From IMG/VR virus record IMGVR_UViG_3300037307_000058, positions 3,910-67,909 of that record: 64,000 nt of DNA. One strand, given 5' to 3'. This document shows positions 1 through 8,267 of this stretch, piece after piece. A model generated the notes under the pieces. That model saw nothing but the letters and a program-made list of their open reading frames with translations, was not told the origin of the DNA and made no database searches. Origin of the DNA: a virus (lineage: Duplodnaviria; Caudoviricetes). Position 1 is the first letter of the stretch. The number at the start of each line of letters is the position of its first letter. Both the position numbers and the translations under genes were made by a program.

Positions 1-102
1 GGCGTAGGCCGACAGCGTGCCGAACTTCTCCGCAATGCGGTCCTTGATGTGCGCACGAACGTTGTCGATGTCTTGCGTACGCTTCAGCTTTGCTGCGCTC
101 AT
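1..102 (-). CDS. N-terminal fragment of a possible small HTH (Cro/Ner-like) DNA-binding protein, truncated by window edge
   Basis: AGGAG RBS then MSAAKLKRTQDIDNVRAHIKDRIAEKFGTLSAYA; the 'I..KFGTLSAYA' pattern resembles helices 1-2 of Cro/Ner-like HTHs. Confidence 0.45.
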   Translation of the reverse strand, partial: MSAAKLKRTQDIDNVRAHIKDRIAEKFGTLSAYA

Positions 103-111
103 GGTGTTCTC

Positions 112-405
112 CTAGTTGGTGAGTGTGATGGTAACACCGTACGCGAAGGTGAGTGTCCCACCGTTGGTCACTGAGATTGGTTGCCCCCCGTTCTGAAGGT
201 TCCCGGTGAGCACTTCCATCGGGCCAGCGCCCAAGTCGAGCATCAGTGACCAGCTATCGACTTCGACGATTTCTCCTTTCGGGGCGCGCAGCTCCGGAGG
301 GTCGATGCGAACTACACCGCCGCGTGCTGGGCGGACCTTGCACGCCGAGAGTGGCACGCGATAGACAGGAATCGGCCCGAGCTTGAGCACGAAGTAGCCG
401 GACAT
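112..405 (-). CDS. Hypothetical protein (97 aa)
   Basis: ORF 112..429 with start reassigned to MSGYF at 405, just after the upstream stop. Confidence 0.7.
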   Translation of the reverse strand: MSGYFVLKLGPIPVYRVPLSACKVRPARGGVVRIDPPELRAPKGEIVEVDSWSLMLDLGAGPMEVLTGNLQNGGQPISVTNGGTLTFAYGVTITLTN

Positions 406-410
406 GGCGG

Positions 411-617
411 CTACCGCACTTTTTCCCATGCGCCAACCTTCATTTCCTTCGGCTCGTCCAGCTCGTCACGCAGCAGCTCGGCTTCGGCTACCGCCGCTTG
501 CGCTGCAGTGGCCACCTCCGAGAGCGTCGCTCCCACAACCACGGCGTCGTTGTGCGTACGCGCGTAGTACCCATTCGCCGCCTTGTAGACGGTGTACAAA
601 ATCAGGTCGCTGCTCAT
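411..617 (-). CDS. Hypothetical protein (68 aa); possibly the frameshifted C-terminal part of the gene starting at 741
   Basis: MSSDLILYTVYKAANGYYAR..., phage-like codon usage, preceded by a G6-T-G4 tract. Confidence 0.6.
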   Translation of the reverse strand: MSSDLILYTVYKAANGYYARTHNDAVVVGATLSEVATAAQAAVAEAELLRDELDEPKEMKVGAWEKVR

Positions 618-741
618 GTACCCCACCCCCCTTGCTGTCTCTGTTGAAGACGTACCCCGTGCTCGTGTAACCAGCCGCGTTCGCCGTGTGGTCAAGCACC
701 TGCTTCTGCTGTTTGAAGTATTCGCTAAACGCTTTCGCCAT
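466..741 (-). CDS. Hypothetical protein; first ~40 codons look genuine, remainder overlaps 411..617 out of frame
   Basis: GGAG RBS and MAKAFSEYFKQQKQVLDH...; C-terminal half reads like off-frame sequence. Confidence 0.45.
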   Translation of the reverse strand: MAKAFSEYFKQQKQVLDHTANAAGYTSTGYVFNRDSKGGGVHEQRPDFVHRLQGGEWVLRAYAQRRRGCGSDALGGGHCSASGGSRSRAAA

Positions 742-922
742 CGGTGCTCTCCAATCCCGGCAGCGCCTTGCGGGCGATCTCGGCGATCTCCCTCAGCGCG
801 GGTTCGTGATACCCAAGGTTAGGCAACGCCACCTCGGCCTTCGCCATGATGCGCACGAGTGCCATGCGGGATGTTGCCAACTCCTCCTCGACGATCTTCA
901 GTGCTTCAGTGCTGAAACTCAT
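725..922 (-). CDS. Hypothetical protein (65 aa)
   Basis: ORF track; ATGA overlap with upstream gene at 919-922. Confidence 0.75.
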   Translation of the reverse strand: MSFSTEALKIVEEELATSRMALVRIMAKAEVALPNLGYHEPALREIAEIARKALPGLESTDGESV

Positions 923-1500
923 GCGGCCTCCTCTCGCTCAAGAACATCGACACAAAACCGAAACGCGAGGTGATGAACGAACTCCTCATACACCGCGCGC
1001 CGCGAAAACATCTCGTCCCACTCGTCCCACATGGCAAGCAGTTGTTTACAGAACGTGGTGGACAGCGAGAACCTGTCGCCTTGCTGAAGCGCCGCCATGC
1101 TCACCCCCTCGAACCACTCCGGTATGATCCATCCACCAGAACGTCCGACGAACGCATACTTGATGCGCAACGGCTTGCTGATCTTGATCTTGTACTTGTC
1201 CTCGAACTCGGGGCGGCACATCATCGCCCAATCACCGTCAACAACGGACGACCGCATGCTGTCACACGCTACTTCGTGTGTGTACGGAGCATCGAGGTAC
1301 GCCCTGAACAAATCGTCGAGGTTGGGGAAGCGCAAGTAGAGGTCGGCTTCGTTGAGAAAGCCGCCGTTGTCGAGTATCGACGACACCATGTCGTAGCTCG
1401 TGGGTGCCCAACAGCACTTCACATCCCACGCAGGACACCCTTCGCGTATGTCTTTGACTTCTGCGAAGCGCTTCTCAAGCAGGTATTGGTAACGCCCCAT
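919..1500 (-). CDS. Hypothetical protein (193 aa, aromatic-rich, GRSGGW motif)
   Basis: ORF track; tightly packed in the leftward operon. Confidence 0.8.
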   Translation of the reverse strand: MGRYQYLLEKRFAEVKDIREGCPAWDVKCCWAPTSYDMVSSILDNGGFLNEADLYLRFPNLDDLFRAYLDAPYTHEVACDSMRSSVVDGDWAMMCRPEFEDKYKIKISKPLRIKYAFVGRSGGWIIPEWFEGVSMAALQQGDRFSLSTTFCKQLLAMWDEWDEMFSRRAVYEEFVHHLAFRFCVDVLEREEAA

Positions 1501-1501
1501 G

Positions 1502-1858
1502 TCAGCCCCGCACTGCGGCTTCGCGCGCTTCCCTGCGCTTCTTCGCCGTCTCGTTCAGCAGGTTCACCACCTGCAGCTTGGCGTTGCCGAGTGTGAGCAT
1601 GAACTCCATGACATGCGTCAGCGCCGTGCAGCGAGGATCACGCTCGAACGACGGCACCTTGTGCCGCGTGATCGCCATCAGGTTGCGCGCAGCCAGCACG
1701 CGCTCGTGCTGGATTTCCTTCTCCATTGCAACCAGCTCATTGACGTAGGCTTCCAGTTCTTCCTTCGTCAGTACGAAGTTGCGCTCATCGCCGAGTGCGG
1801 TCGGGATTGAATCGCGGGATTTCCACCACCCCCACGCCAAGCTCTTCACCATCGTCAT
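1502..1858 (-). CDS. Hypothetical helical protein (118 aa)
   Basis: Start reassigned to MTMVKS at 1858, AGGAG RBS upstream. Confidence 0.75.
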   Translation of the reverse strand: MTMVKSLAWGWWKSRDSIPTALGDERNFVLTKEELEAYVNELVAMEKEIQHERVLAARNLMAITRHKVPSFERDPRCTALTHVMEFMLTLGNAKLQVVNLLNETAKKRREAREAAVRG

Positions 1859-2024
1859 CGTCTGTCTCCTTATGCGTTGTGATATTCCAGTAAACCTTCC
1901 CGAGTGAAGGAACGAACGGGAAGGTGCGTACCGGGTACCCCATAACACGTAGCAAATCACGCACCGCGCCGGAATCTACGCGCAGCGCTCCATACCACCG
2001 CGACGCACTCTGCGCCGTGCTCAT
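1785..2024 (-). CDS. Hypothetical protein (79 aa)
   Basis: ATGA overlap with upstream gene; overlaps downstream gene by 74 nt. Confidence 0.5.
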   Translation of the reverse strand: MSTAQSASRWYGALRVDSGAVRDLLRVMGYPVRTFPFVPSLGKVYWNITTHKETDDDDGEELGVGVVEIPRFNPDRTRR

Positions 2025-2287
2025 ACGTACAGCTCGGCCAGCGGCTCGTTCTTGAAGTAGAGCGTCACCGTGCTACCGTGCAGGTTGAGCCGCCTGCACT
2101 TGTTGACGACCACCGACAGCGGCACATCGAGCGCCGTCAGGTCGGCTGTCCTGTCAGCCACGTTGACAGCGACGTGATCCTGCACATCCCACGCCACGCC
2201 GAGCTGTTGCGCCATGACCACGAGCCGCGATTCCAGCCGCACTACTCGCTGTCGAACTTCCTGCAATACCTTGTCGTTGTTTTGCAT
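2021..2287 (-). CDS. Hypothetical protein (88 aa, N-terminal coiled coil)
   Basis: ORF track; GAGG RBS. Confidence 0.8.
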   Translation of the reverse strand: MQNNDKVLQEVRQRVVRLESRLVVMAQQLGVAWDVQDHVAVNVADRTADLTALDVPLSVVVNKCRRLNLHGSTVTLYFKNEPLAELYV

Positions 2288-2290
2288 GTC

Positions 2291-3067
2291 TTACCTCTCG
2301 AACGGCGGTTGAAGAACACGGTCGTACAAGTCGTGATCGCGCAAGTTACCGATGACAGCACGCTTGGCGGCGGTGAGGTTTGATTCGAGCCGCGTCTCGG
2401 CCGACGCGCATGTCCCGTCACGCTCCATGACGCGGTACCGCCACGTATCGTCCTTCCCGAACACCTTCGGCACGCGCTGCACGAACAACGGACCGACGAG
2501 TTTCGAGGTGATCTCGCTGAACGGCGTCTTGGCGATCTCGAACACCAGCTCGCACAGGTGCTCGTCATTCCGCTCGTTCGCCCACACATACTCGTTGAGG
2601 TCGAACTCGCCAAGCAGCGCGCGCGCCGTCACGCGATCACGCACCGCGCGAATCGCGGCGTTGATCTCCTTGGTCGCGCCGCGCTTTAGCACGTACTTCT
2701 CGTACGGCTCGGGCTTCAGTGGAACACCGTCCTCGTCGATCTCGATGCCCTCGTAGAACGGCGTGAACTTGGTCCACCTGTCCCAATAGACGCACTTGTT
2801 GGCGTTGACGCGCTTCGGTGCCGTTCCCACACGGATGTTGCAGTACTCGCGAATCTTGGCCCACGTGGTCACCGTGTCCCACCCTCCCGTGAACACGCGC
2901 GCCTTGTCAGGGAACACCTCGACCGTCACCGTGCTGTGGTGTTGGTGACGGTAGCAGTCGCGCTCAGCATCGTAGAGCAGTATCTGGTTGTGGCTCACGC
3001 GCTTCCAGTTATTGCCCTTGCGGCGATGCTCGAATTGCGATTCGCACTTTCTGTAGAAGTAGCTCAT
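2291..3067 (-). CDS. Hypothetical protein (258 aa)
   Basis: Start reassigned to MSYFYRK at 3067, ATGA overlap with upstream small gene. Confidence 0.8.
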   Translation of the reverse strand: MSYFYRKCESQFEHRRKGNNWKRVSHNQILLYDAERDCYRHQHHSTVTVEVFPDKARVFTGGWDTVTTWAKIREYCNIRVGTAPKRVNANKCVYWDRWTKFTPFYEGIEIDEDGVPLKPEPYEKYVLKRGATKEINAAIRAVRDRVTARALLGEFDLNEYVWANERNDEHLCELVFEIAKTPFSEITSKLVGPLFVQRVPKVFGKDDTWRYRVMERDGTCASAETRLESNLTAAKRAVIGNLRDHDLYDRVLQPPFER

Positions 3068-3225
3068 GATTGCTTCTTCTTGGACGGCGAGACGAAACCG
3101 ATCTCGAAGAACAGCCACGTAAACACGTAGCGCACACAGCAGCCGCTGTCGCACGTCGAGCGCTCGTACCACGGGATGAGCCGCCACTGCGCGATGCGGA
3201 AGATTGCAAAATGCCAGAGTCTCAT
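3064..3225 (-). CDS. Small hydrophobic/Cys-containing protein (53 aa; not in ORF track)
   Basis: Read by hand: GGAG RBS, MRLWHFAIFRIAQWRLIPWYERSTCDSGCCVRYVFTWLFFEIGFVSPSKKKQS; first gene after the 3248 palindrome. Confidence 0.65.
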   Translation of the reverse strand: MRLWHFAIFRIAQWRLIPWYERSTCDSGCCVRYVFTWLFFEIGFVSPSKKKQS

Positions 3226-3247
3226 GCTCGATCTCCTTTCTGTAATA

Positions 3248-3273
3248 GGGTGTGTTAACGCGTTAACACACCC
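3248..3273. repeat. Palindromic repeat copy 1 (26-bp perfect palindrome, core GTGTTAACGCGTTAACAC 3252-3269)
   Basis: GGGTGTGTTAACGCGTTAACACACCC read directly. Confidence 0.95.
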
Positions 3274-3283
3274 ATGCTTGCGC

Positions 3284-3297
3284 GACTACACTACCGC
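3284..3297 (-). promoter_or_regulatory. Oriented motif GCGGTAGTGTAGT, putative promoter/regulator site (core ACTACACT also at 6417, 8506, 9860, 11239, 11474, 11602, 63752)
   Basis: Eight copies, all in the same orientation and all upstream of leftward genes. Confidence 0.7.
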
Positions 3298-3449
3298 TGC
3301 TTCGCGCCGACGCGCTTGACCTGTGTGGGCGGGACCAGCACAAGCACGCCCTGCTGGCCAATTTCCTTACGTGCACGGGCAAACGTCTTGCGAATGTCCG
3401 TAGCCACGGCTGGGGTGTACTTAAACGACGGGTCGAGGATCGACTTCAC
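3291..3449 (-). CDS. Small basic phage protein (52 aa; not in ORF track)
   Basis: GGAGG RBS, GTG start, (M)KSILDPSFKYTPAVATDIRKTFARARKE...; its TAG stop lies inside the GCGGTAGTGTAGT motif. Confidence 0.75.
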   Translation of the reverse strand: MKSILDPSFKYTPAVATDIRKTFARARKEIGQQGVLVLVPPTQVKRVGAKQR

Positions 3450-3458
3450 GACCACCTC

Positions 3459-3902
3459 CTAGTACATGCCGGGGAACGACACGCCCTCGGCCTCGTCGAT
3501 CATCTGCTGGATGTCGTCGATCAGGGTGTCCACCTCGTCGTGACGCTCGGTGTCGCCTTCGGGGATCGTCTCTTTGTGGTCGTTCAGAGCGATGATCGCC
3601 TGCCGCGCGTAGTCGAGGTAGTCGTAGAGCCGGTCGGAACGCGACGCACGCTTCTTGAGCGGCATCGTATAGAAGTCCACCACCAGCTCCCGCAGCGAGT
3701 CGGGCACCTCGGGTTGGGACACGTCCTCCAAATCCGTCGCGCACGTGTCCACTTCCTCGCCCTTGCTGCCGTACTGCAGGTTCTCGGGCAGGTTGTCGTG
3801 CCACGAGCGCATCTCGTCGGCCAGCTCCTGCACCCCTGAGTACGCCGTATCCACGGCGTCGCCGACGTTGGTCGTGATGTGAATCGCTTCGCGCTTGCTC
3901 AT
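3459..3902 (-). CDS. Acidic helical phage protein (147 aa)
   Basis: ORF track; directly downstream of the vWA gene. Confidence 0.85.
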   Translation of the reverse strand: MSKREAIHITTNVGDAVDTAYSGVQELADEMRSWHDNLPENLQYGSKGEEVDTCATDLEDVSQPEVPDSLRELVVDFYTMPLKKRASRSDRLYDYLDYARQAIIALNDHKETIPEGDTERHDEVDTLIDDIQQMIDEAEGVSFPGMY

Positions 3903-3903
3903 G

Positions 3904-5223
3904 TCATTGCCCCCCTTGGTTGATGTAGATCACTTCGCCGAACGGAGCTTGCAGCTTCTCGGTGCTCGCCCACACCACAGGGTAGGGCGGCGGCTCCGCA
4001 GGAAACGTCCCGCACAGGTCGGTCAGCACGATGACCACGGCGGGGTTGATGCCCTGCTCCTCGATCCACTCGAACAGCGGCACGAACGACGTGCCACCAC
4101 CGCCTCTCGGGTTCGCACTGAACTCGATCTCACCGGGGTCCAGCTCGCCGTGCGAGTAGACGGCAGCATCGAAGTCGCACACGTGCACCTTGCGCGGCTT
4201 GGCTTCGGACAGGATGCCGTTGATGTGGCCGTTGAACCCAGCCTGTAACGCCTGCGTGTAGCACGACCCCGACGTGTCACGGAACAGCACGATCTCGCCC
4301 AGCGACTCCGAGTACAGGTCGGGCGACACCATGTCGTACAGCACGGCGTTGCGCCGATTCTGGCGTGCCCAATTGTAGTCGAGCGAATGGAGAGACTGCA
4401 TGAACCTGTGGAGGTGATCGTACCACTGCTCCTTCTCGATACGCACGATCTTCTCCATCGCCATCTCGACACCCGCCGGGGCGTGCCCCATCGCCAACGC
4501 CGATGCGATAGCGTTCGCCACCTGCTGCTCGATCTTGCGCTCGAACGCCTCGCGCTCGTCCTTCGTGCCAGTGTGCTTGATGATGTCCGCCCACGCATCC
4601 CGCCATTGCTGCGGTACGTGGTTGCCTCGGAACGGGTCGCCGGAATCCCCGCCCGCTTGGGCAGGGGATTTCTTGCCCGCCTTGGCAGGCTTGCCGCTAC
4701 CCTTGGAGGGCGGGCCGCTACTGCCCGAATCGTCCTCACCGCCACCCGGCTCCCCATCGCCCTGCTCGCCGCCATCCTTCGGGGTGCCCTGACCCCCACC
4801 CCTGCCCTTCGGGGGCTTGGGCAGGTTCTTGATAATGTCGTCGTAAACCTGCTCGAACGTCCACCCCTTATACTTCGACTCGGGCTGCACCCACGTGGGG
4901 TGGATACGGAACCCGTTCTCGGCCAACATGGTGTTGACCACGATGTCGGCGGCGATGTTGCCGAACGGCTCGATCATGTGCAGGCCACGCGTGCAATGGT
5001 GCAGCATCTTGTGCGTAGTCTCGTGAGCGAGAGCCGACACCCGGTAGTCGATGCTGTCGAGCTTGGCCCAATACTCGGGGTTGACCCACATCACCTTGCC
5101 GTTGGTGGCGAGCGTGGGGAAATTGGTGCTCTCGACCACCTTCATCGAGTAGTACAGCTCGCACCAGAACGGAAACTTCATCATCAGCCGCACGGCAGCG
5201 GCTGCAGTGCATTGCGTCGTCAT
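3904..5223 (-). CDS. DUF2201-type protein: N-terminal HExxH metallopeptidase-like domain, Gly/Pro/acidic linker, C-terminal vWA domain
   Basis: ALAHETTHKMLHH (HExxH); MIDAS elements DTSGS, GGGGTSF, VLTD. Confidence 0.9.
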   Translation of the reverse strand: MTTQCTAAAAVRLMMKFPFWCELYYSMKVVESTNFPTLATNGKVMWVNPEYWAKLDSIDYRVSALAHETTHKMLHHCTRGLHMIEPFGNIAADIVVNTMLAENGFRIHPTWVQPESKYKGWTFEQVYDDIIKNLPKPPKGRGGGQGTPKDGGEQGDGEPGGGEDDSGSSGPPSKGSGKPAKAGKKSPAQAGGDSGDPFRGNHVPQQWRDAWADIIKHTGTKDEREAFERKIEQQVANAIASALAMGHAPAGVEMAMEKIVRIEKEQWYDHLHRFMQSLHSLDYNWARQNRRNAVLYDMVSPDLYSESLGEIVLFRDTSGSCYTQALQAGFNGHINGILSEAKPRKVHVCDFDAAVYSHGELDPGEIEFSANPRGGGGTSFVPLFEWIEEQGINPAVVIVLTDLCGTFPAEPPPYPVVWASTEKLQAPFGEVIYINQGGQ

Positions 5224-5232
5224 GCTGGTCTC

Positions 5233-6360
5233 CTAGCTGCGCGCCATGATGAGGTCCGACAGCGCTTGATCGCTCATCCAATCCCGGTACTCCTTCGTGC
5301 TCGTGACCTTGAAGCTCGGGTCACGCCGCATGCGGATCAGCATGCGCCGGATGCACATCACCTTCATGTCGCCGGGGCAGCGAGCGAGGTACTTCGACAC
5401 CTGCGGCATATGCTTCGCGTCCACCGTGGCGGCGAGCATCGCGAGCTGCACGTACAGGATGCTCGCGTTGTCCGACACCTCGGCCTTCTCGGGATGCCGC
5501 ACGATTTCCTCGACGGTGAGCAGCTTGTCGAACATCGTGCGATGCGTCATGTACTGCGAGCCAATAGCCATGCCGACGCTGCCGTTCACAAGCTGCGGCA
5601 TCAGCTCCTGCTTCAGCTCGTCGCACGTGTACTCCAAGTTCGAGATGCGCTTCCAGCCGCGCATGCACGCCCATATGCCGCGCTTCGCCTCCTCGGACTG
5701 CTGGTCCTTCTGGTGCTGCTTCAGCTCGTTGGGGCCGCGCGACTTCGCGCCCTCAAACACCTCCTCGTAGTTGTCGATGAGGTACGGAAACTTCTTCATG
5801 AAGTCCACGACCTTCGCATGGAACTCGTTCTCCTCCGCGTACTTGATGTTCTGGTCGGGCGTGGAAAACACCTCGATGTGGATGAAGCGGTTCATGAACG
5901 CGCGCGACTGCTGGAACACGCCAGCCTTGTCGCTGATGCGGTTCGAGTCGCCCACCACGATCACGCCGTCAGGCTTGCGCAGCTTGCCGTTGATGTCCTC
6001 GCCGTTGCAGTACTTCTGCAGCAGCTTGAGCGTGGTCGGGTCGGTGTTCAGAATCTCGCCGAGATTCAGGATGCCGCGCGCGTCGGGTGCGGTGTACGCG
6101 TTCGGGAATCCGGCGTTGCAGAAGAACTCCAACAGGCCGGTCTCGCGGTTCGGCATCGTCGCGCCGATGTCGGTCGGCGACATCGTGGGGACGTCCATGT
6201 ACCAGATGCGGAAGTCCTCGACCTTCTCGCGCAACCGCGCGGCGGTGGCGTTGATGGTGTCGGTCTTGCCGATACCGGGCGGCGACACGATGATGCAGTT
6301 CACCTTCGCGTGGAACATGATGGCGATCTGCTTGCCCAGCTTCGAGAGTTCGAGCTTCAT
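5233..6360 (-). CDS. MoxR/dynein-related (AAA_5-like) AAA+ ATPase with degenerate Walker B
   Basis: Walker A SPPGIGKT; Walker B position reads ILNLGE (not hhhhDE); sensor-1-like DSNR; Arg-finger FMNRF; adjacent to vWA gene. Confidence 0.88.
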   Translation of the reverse strand: MKLELSKLGKQIAIMFHAKVNCIIVSPPGIGKTDTINATAARLREKVEDFRIWYMDVPTMSPTDIGATMPNRETGLLEFFCNAGFPNAYTAPDARGILNLGEILNTDPTTLKLLQKYCNGEDINGKLRKPDGVIVVGDSNRISDKAGVFQQSRAFMNRFIHIEVFSTPDQNIKYAEENEFHAKVVDFMKKFPYLIDNYEEVFEGAKSRGPNELKQHQKDQQSEEAKRGIWACMRGWKRISNLEYTCDELKQELMPQLVNGSVGMAIGSQYMTHRTMFDKLLTVEEIVRHPEKAEVSDNASILYVQLAMLAATVDAKHMPQVSKYLARCPGDMKVMCIRRMLIRMRRDPSFKVTSTKEYRDWMSDQALSDLIMARS

Positions 6361-6381
6361 GTGCTATCTCCTTTAGGTTGT

Positions 6382-6399
6382 GTGTTAACGCGTTAACAC
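6382..6399. repeat. Palindromic repeat copy 2
   Basis: GTGTTAACGCGTTAACAC just upstream of the AAA ATPase RBS. Confidence 0.95.
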
Positions 6400-6429
6400 G
6401 TTGCTGCGTTGCGGATACTACACTACCCC

Positions 6430-6726
6430 TCACCCCCACTTCAACAAATACTCTGCGTACGTGCGTGCGCAGTCGGGGCACAACTTGCACTCGCTGTCGG
6501 GTTCTTCCGGCGTCCATATGATGATGTCATCCTCGCCGGTGTGCGTCTTGACATCGCACCCACGAACGCGCGAGACGATGCGTTTCGCTGGCACGTTCTT
6601 GGTGTGCCACTCCCCCGTGCGCTTGCTATGCTTCAGCCGCATGACTACTGGCGATCTAACAACGATACGCCAATGCCATGTGTGGTTGTCGTCCATCACC
6701 CACCCCATGCGCCTGTCCCACGACAT
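6430..6726 (-). CDS. Hypothetical protein with C-terminal CxxCxxC-like motif (98 aa)
   Basis: ORF track; ECKLCPDC. Confidence 0.75.
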   Translation of the reverse strand: MSWDRRMGWVMDDNHTWHWRIVVRSPVVMRLKHSKRTGEWHTKNVPAKRIVSRVRGCDVKTHTGEDDIIIWTPEEPDSECKLCPDCARTYAEYLLKWG

Positions 6727-6728
6727 AG

Positions 6729-6971
6729 CTACGCCTTGTAGGTGAACCTAGCGTCGATGCTGACGTACCCTACGGGCTGGAACGCCGGGTAGAACTTCTC
6801 GTAGTACATCACGTTGGCGATCAACACCACCCACGGATCGTTACCGACCTGCTGGTGGAAGCGCTCGTACGCCTCCTGCTTGATCGCGTCGAGCGTCTGG
6901 TCCTTCGCAATGAAGAACCCATGCAGCTTGCCATCCCACTCACTCACGACTGCGACGAGTTGTTCACCCAT
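6729..6971 (-). CDS. Hypothetical protein (80 aa)
   Basis: Start reassigned to MGEQLV, GGAGG RBS. Confidence 0.75.
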   Translation of the reverse strand: MGEQLVAVVSEWDGKLHGFFIAKDQTLDAIKQEAYERFHQQVGNDPWVVLIANVMYYEKFYPAFQPVGYVSIDARFTYKA

Positions 6972-7147
6972 TTGCGGGCCTCCATGTTCCACCGCTGCTC
7001 CTGCAGGTTGCGCAGGCGCGCGCGGGCCTTCTCCGTGTATTCGACACGTGCGTCAAGCAACCGCTCCGCTTCGTCCAGCTCAGCGTCGAGCTTCCATATG
7101 CGGAGTTGATTCGCGAACTGCGACGACGGGACGACGGCGATCTTCAC
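6944..7147 (-). CDS. Small coiled-coil protein (67 aa)
   Basis: GGAGG RBS and GTG start; LDAELDEAERLLDARVEYTEKARARLRNLQEQ. Confidence 0.7.
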   Translation of the reverse strand: MKIAVVPSSQFANQLRIWKLDAELDEAERLLDARVEYTEKARARLRNLQEQRWNMEARKWVNNSSQS

Positions 7148-7317
7148 AAGTCCTCCGTTAATGTGATGTGCGTAAGGAACCCTCGGCACTTCGGGCACAC
7201 CGTTGCCTTCGGGGGCGGACTGTCTGGCGACGCCATAATGTGCGCATCGAACTGATCGCACTCGAACAGAATCATCTCGTTGCTGTCGAACATCGAGATG
7301 TGCACGTACGGCAGCAT
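7144..7317 (-). CDS. Small hypothetical protein with CPKC motif; start uncertain
   Basis: 3' part of ORF 7144..7455 fills the gap between neighbours. Confidence 0.45.
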   Translation of the reverse strand: MLPYVHISMFDSNEMILFECDQFDAHIMASPDSPPPKATVCPKCRGFLTHITLTEDL

Positions 7318-7372
7318 GTGCCACACACCCGACTTGTCCCGCCCCCACCGTATCCGCTCGCAGCGCTGCGGT

Positions 7373-8263
7373 TTAGTCGTCAGCATCCTCGTCGCCTTCG
7401 ACGTCGAACGCGGAAGCGATGGCATCGGCCAACACCTTCGCTTCGCTGGCCGCACGCGAGCGCTTGTCCACGTCCTTCTTCAGCTCGTCGGGCGACTTGA
7501 TCGACAGCTTCTTCGCCTTCAACGCCAGCTCGGCGAGCTTCGGGTCGTTGGTGATGTTGAACATCGGGATCAGCTCGGCCATCTGCGCGATGTTCTCCAG
7601 CTTGGAGTTGTGGAACCCGCCGCCCTTCTCGCCGATAGGCACCGACATAGTGTCGTGCATCGACTTGACCACCTTGAACAGACGCTGCGCCGCCGTGTTC
7701 ATCGCCGTCTGGATGCGCTGCTGCTCGGCGAGCTTGGCTTGCTCGACCATCGCGTCGATGTCGGTCTTGCTCATGCCGCTAGCGTTCACACGAATGTCCG
7801 CCACACGCGGCAGCGCCGACCAGCTCGTGCGCACGTAGAACCTGCGCATCATGTCGCGCGGGTCGGGGAACTCGCGCGGGTCGAACAAGTCGCCCATGTC
7901 GTACACGCGCTGAGGCCATATCGCCGTGTACTCACGCACGAACTCGCTCGCCAATTCGAGGTAGTTGCGCTCCCTGTCGCCCACTTCGACCTGCAGGTCC
8001 ATCACGGCGTCGGGGTGCACCGCGCGCGGCCCGCCCTTGCCGTCGTACCACGGCAGCGTGCGCGTGCTCCACCACACGCGGAACGCCGTCGCGAACTTGC
8101 TCGTGCGTTCGAACGACTCGACGCCCGCCATCAGGTGCTTGGACGCCGACGACGTGCCGTGCTTGGCTTTCGCCTCGGTCTCGATCTTCTCAGCCGATTT
8201 GCGGTCCTTCTTGCGCGCCGTCCAGCAACCGACGCTCAACGAACCCAGCATGATGCTCGTCAT
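7373..8263 (-). CDS. DUF3150-like protein (296 aa)
   Basis: Start reassigned to MTSIML (AGGAG RBS); 'TLPW...', 'F...Y', 'FP....MMRRF', 'NITNDPKL' pattern recalled from the family that accompanies AAA/vWA genes in phages and ICEs. Confidence 0.65.
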   Translation of the reverse strand: MTSIMLGSLSVGCWTARKKDRKSAEKIETEAKAKHGTSSASKHLMAGVESFERTSKFATAFRVWWSTRTLPWYDGKGGPRAVHPDAVMDLQVEVGDRERNYLELASEFVREYTAIWPQRVYDMGDLFDPREFPDPRDMMRRFYVRTSWSALPRVADIRVNASGMSKTDIDAMVEQAKLAEQQRIQTAMNTAAQRLFKVVKSMHDTMSVPIGEKGGGFHNSKLENIAQMAELIPMFNITNDPKLAELALKAKKLSIKSPDELKKDVDKRSRAASEAKVLADAIASAFDVEGDEDADD

Positions 8264-8267
8264 ATCG

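Noticed and set aside
4387-6396. 669-aa plus-strand ORF (and similar long antisense ORFs at 7280..8731, 24967..26895, 26935..29505, 43896..45467, 49169..50818)
   Set aside because: Shadow frames opposite well-supported genes in high-GC DNA; Arg/His/Leu-rich composition with no motifs or RBS
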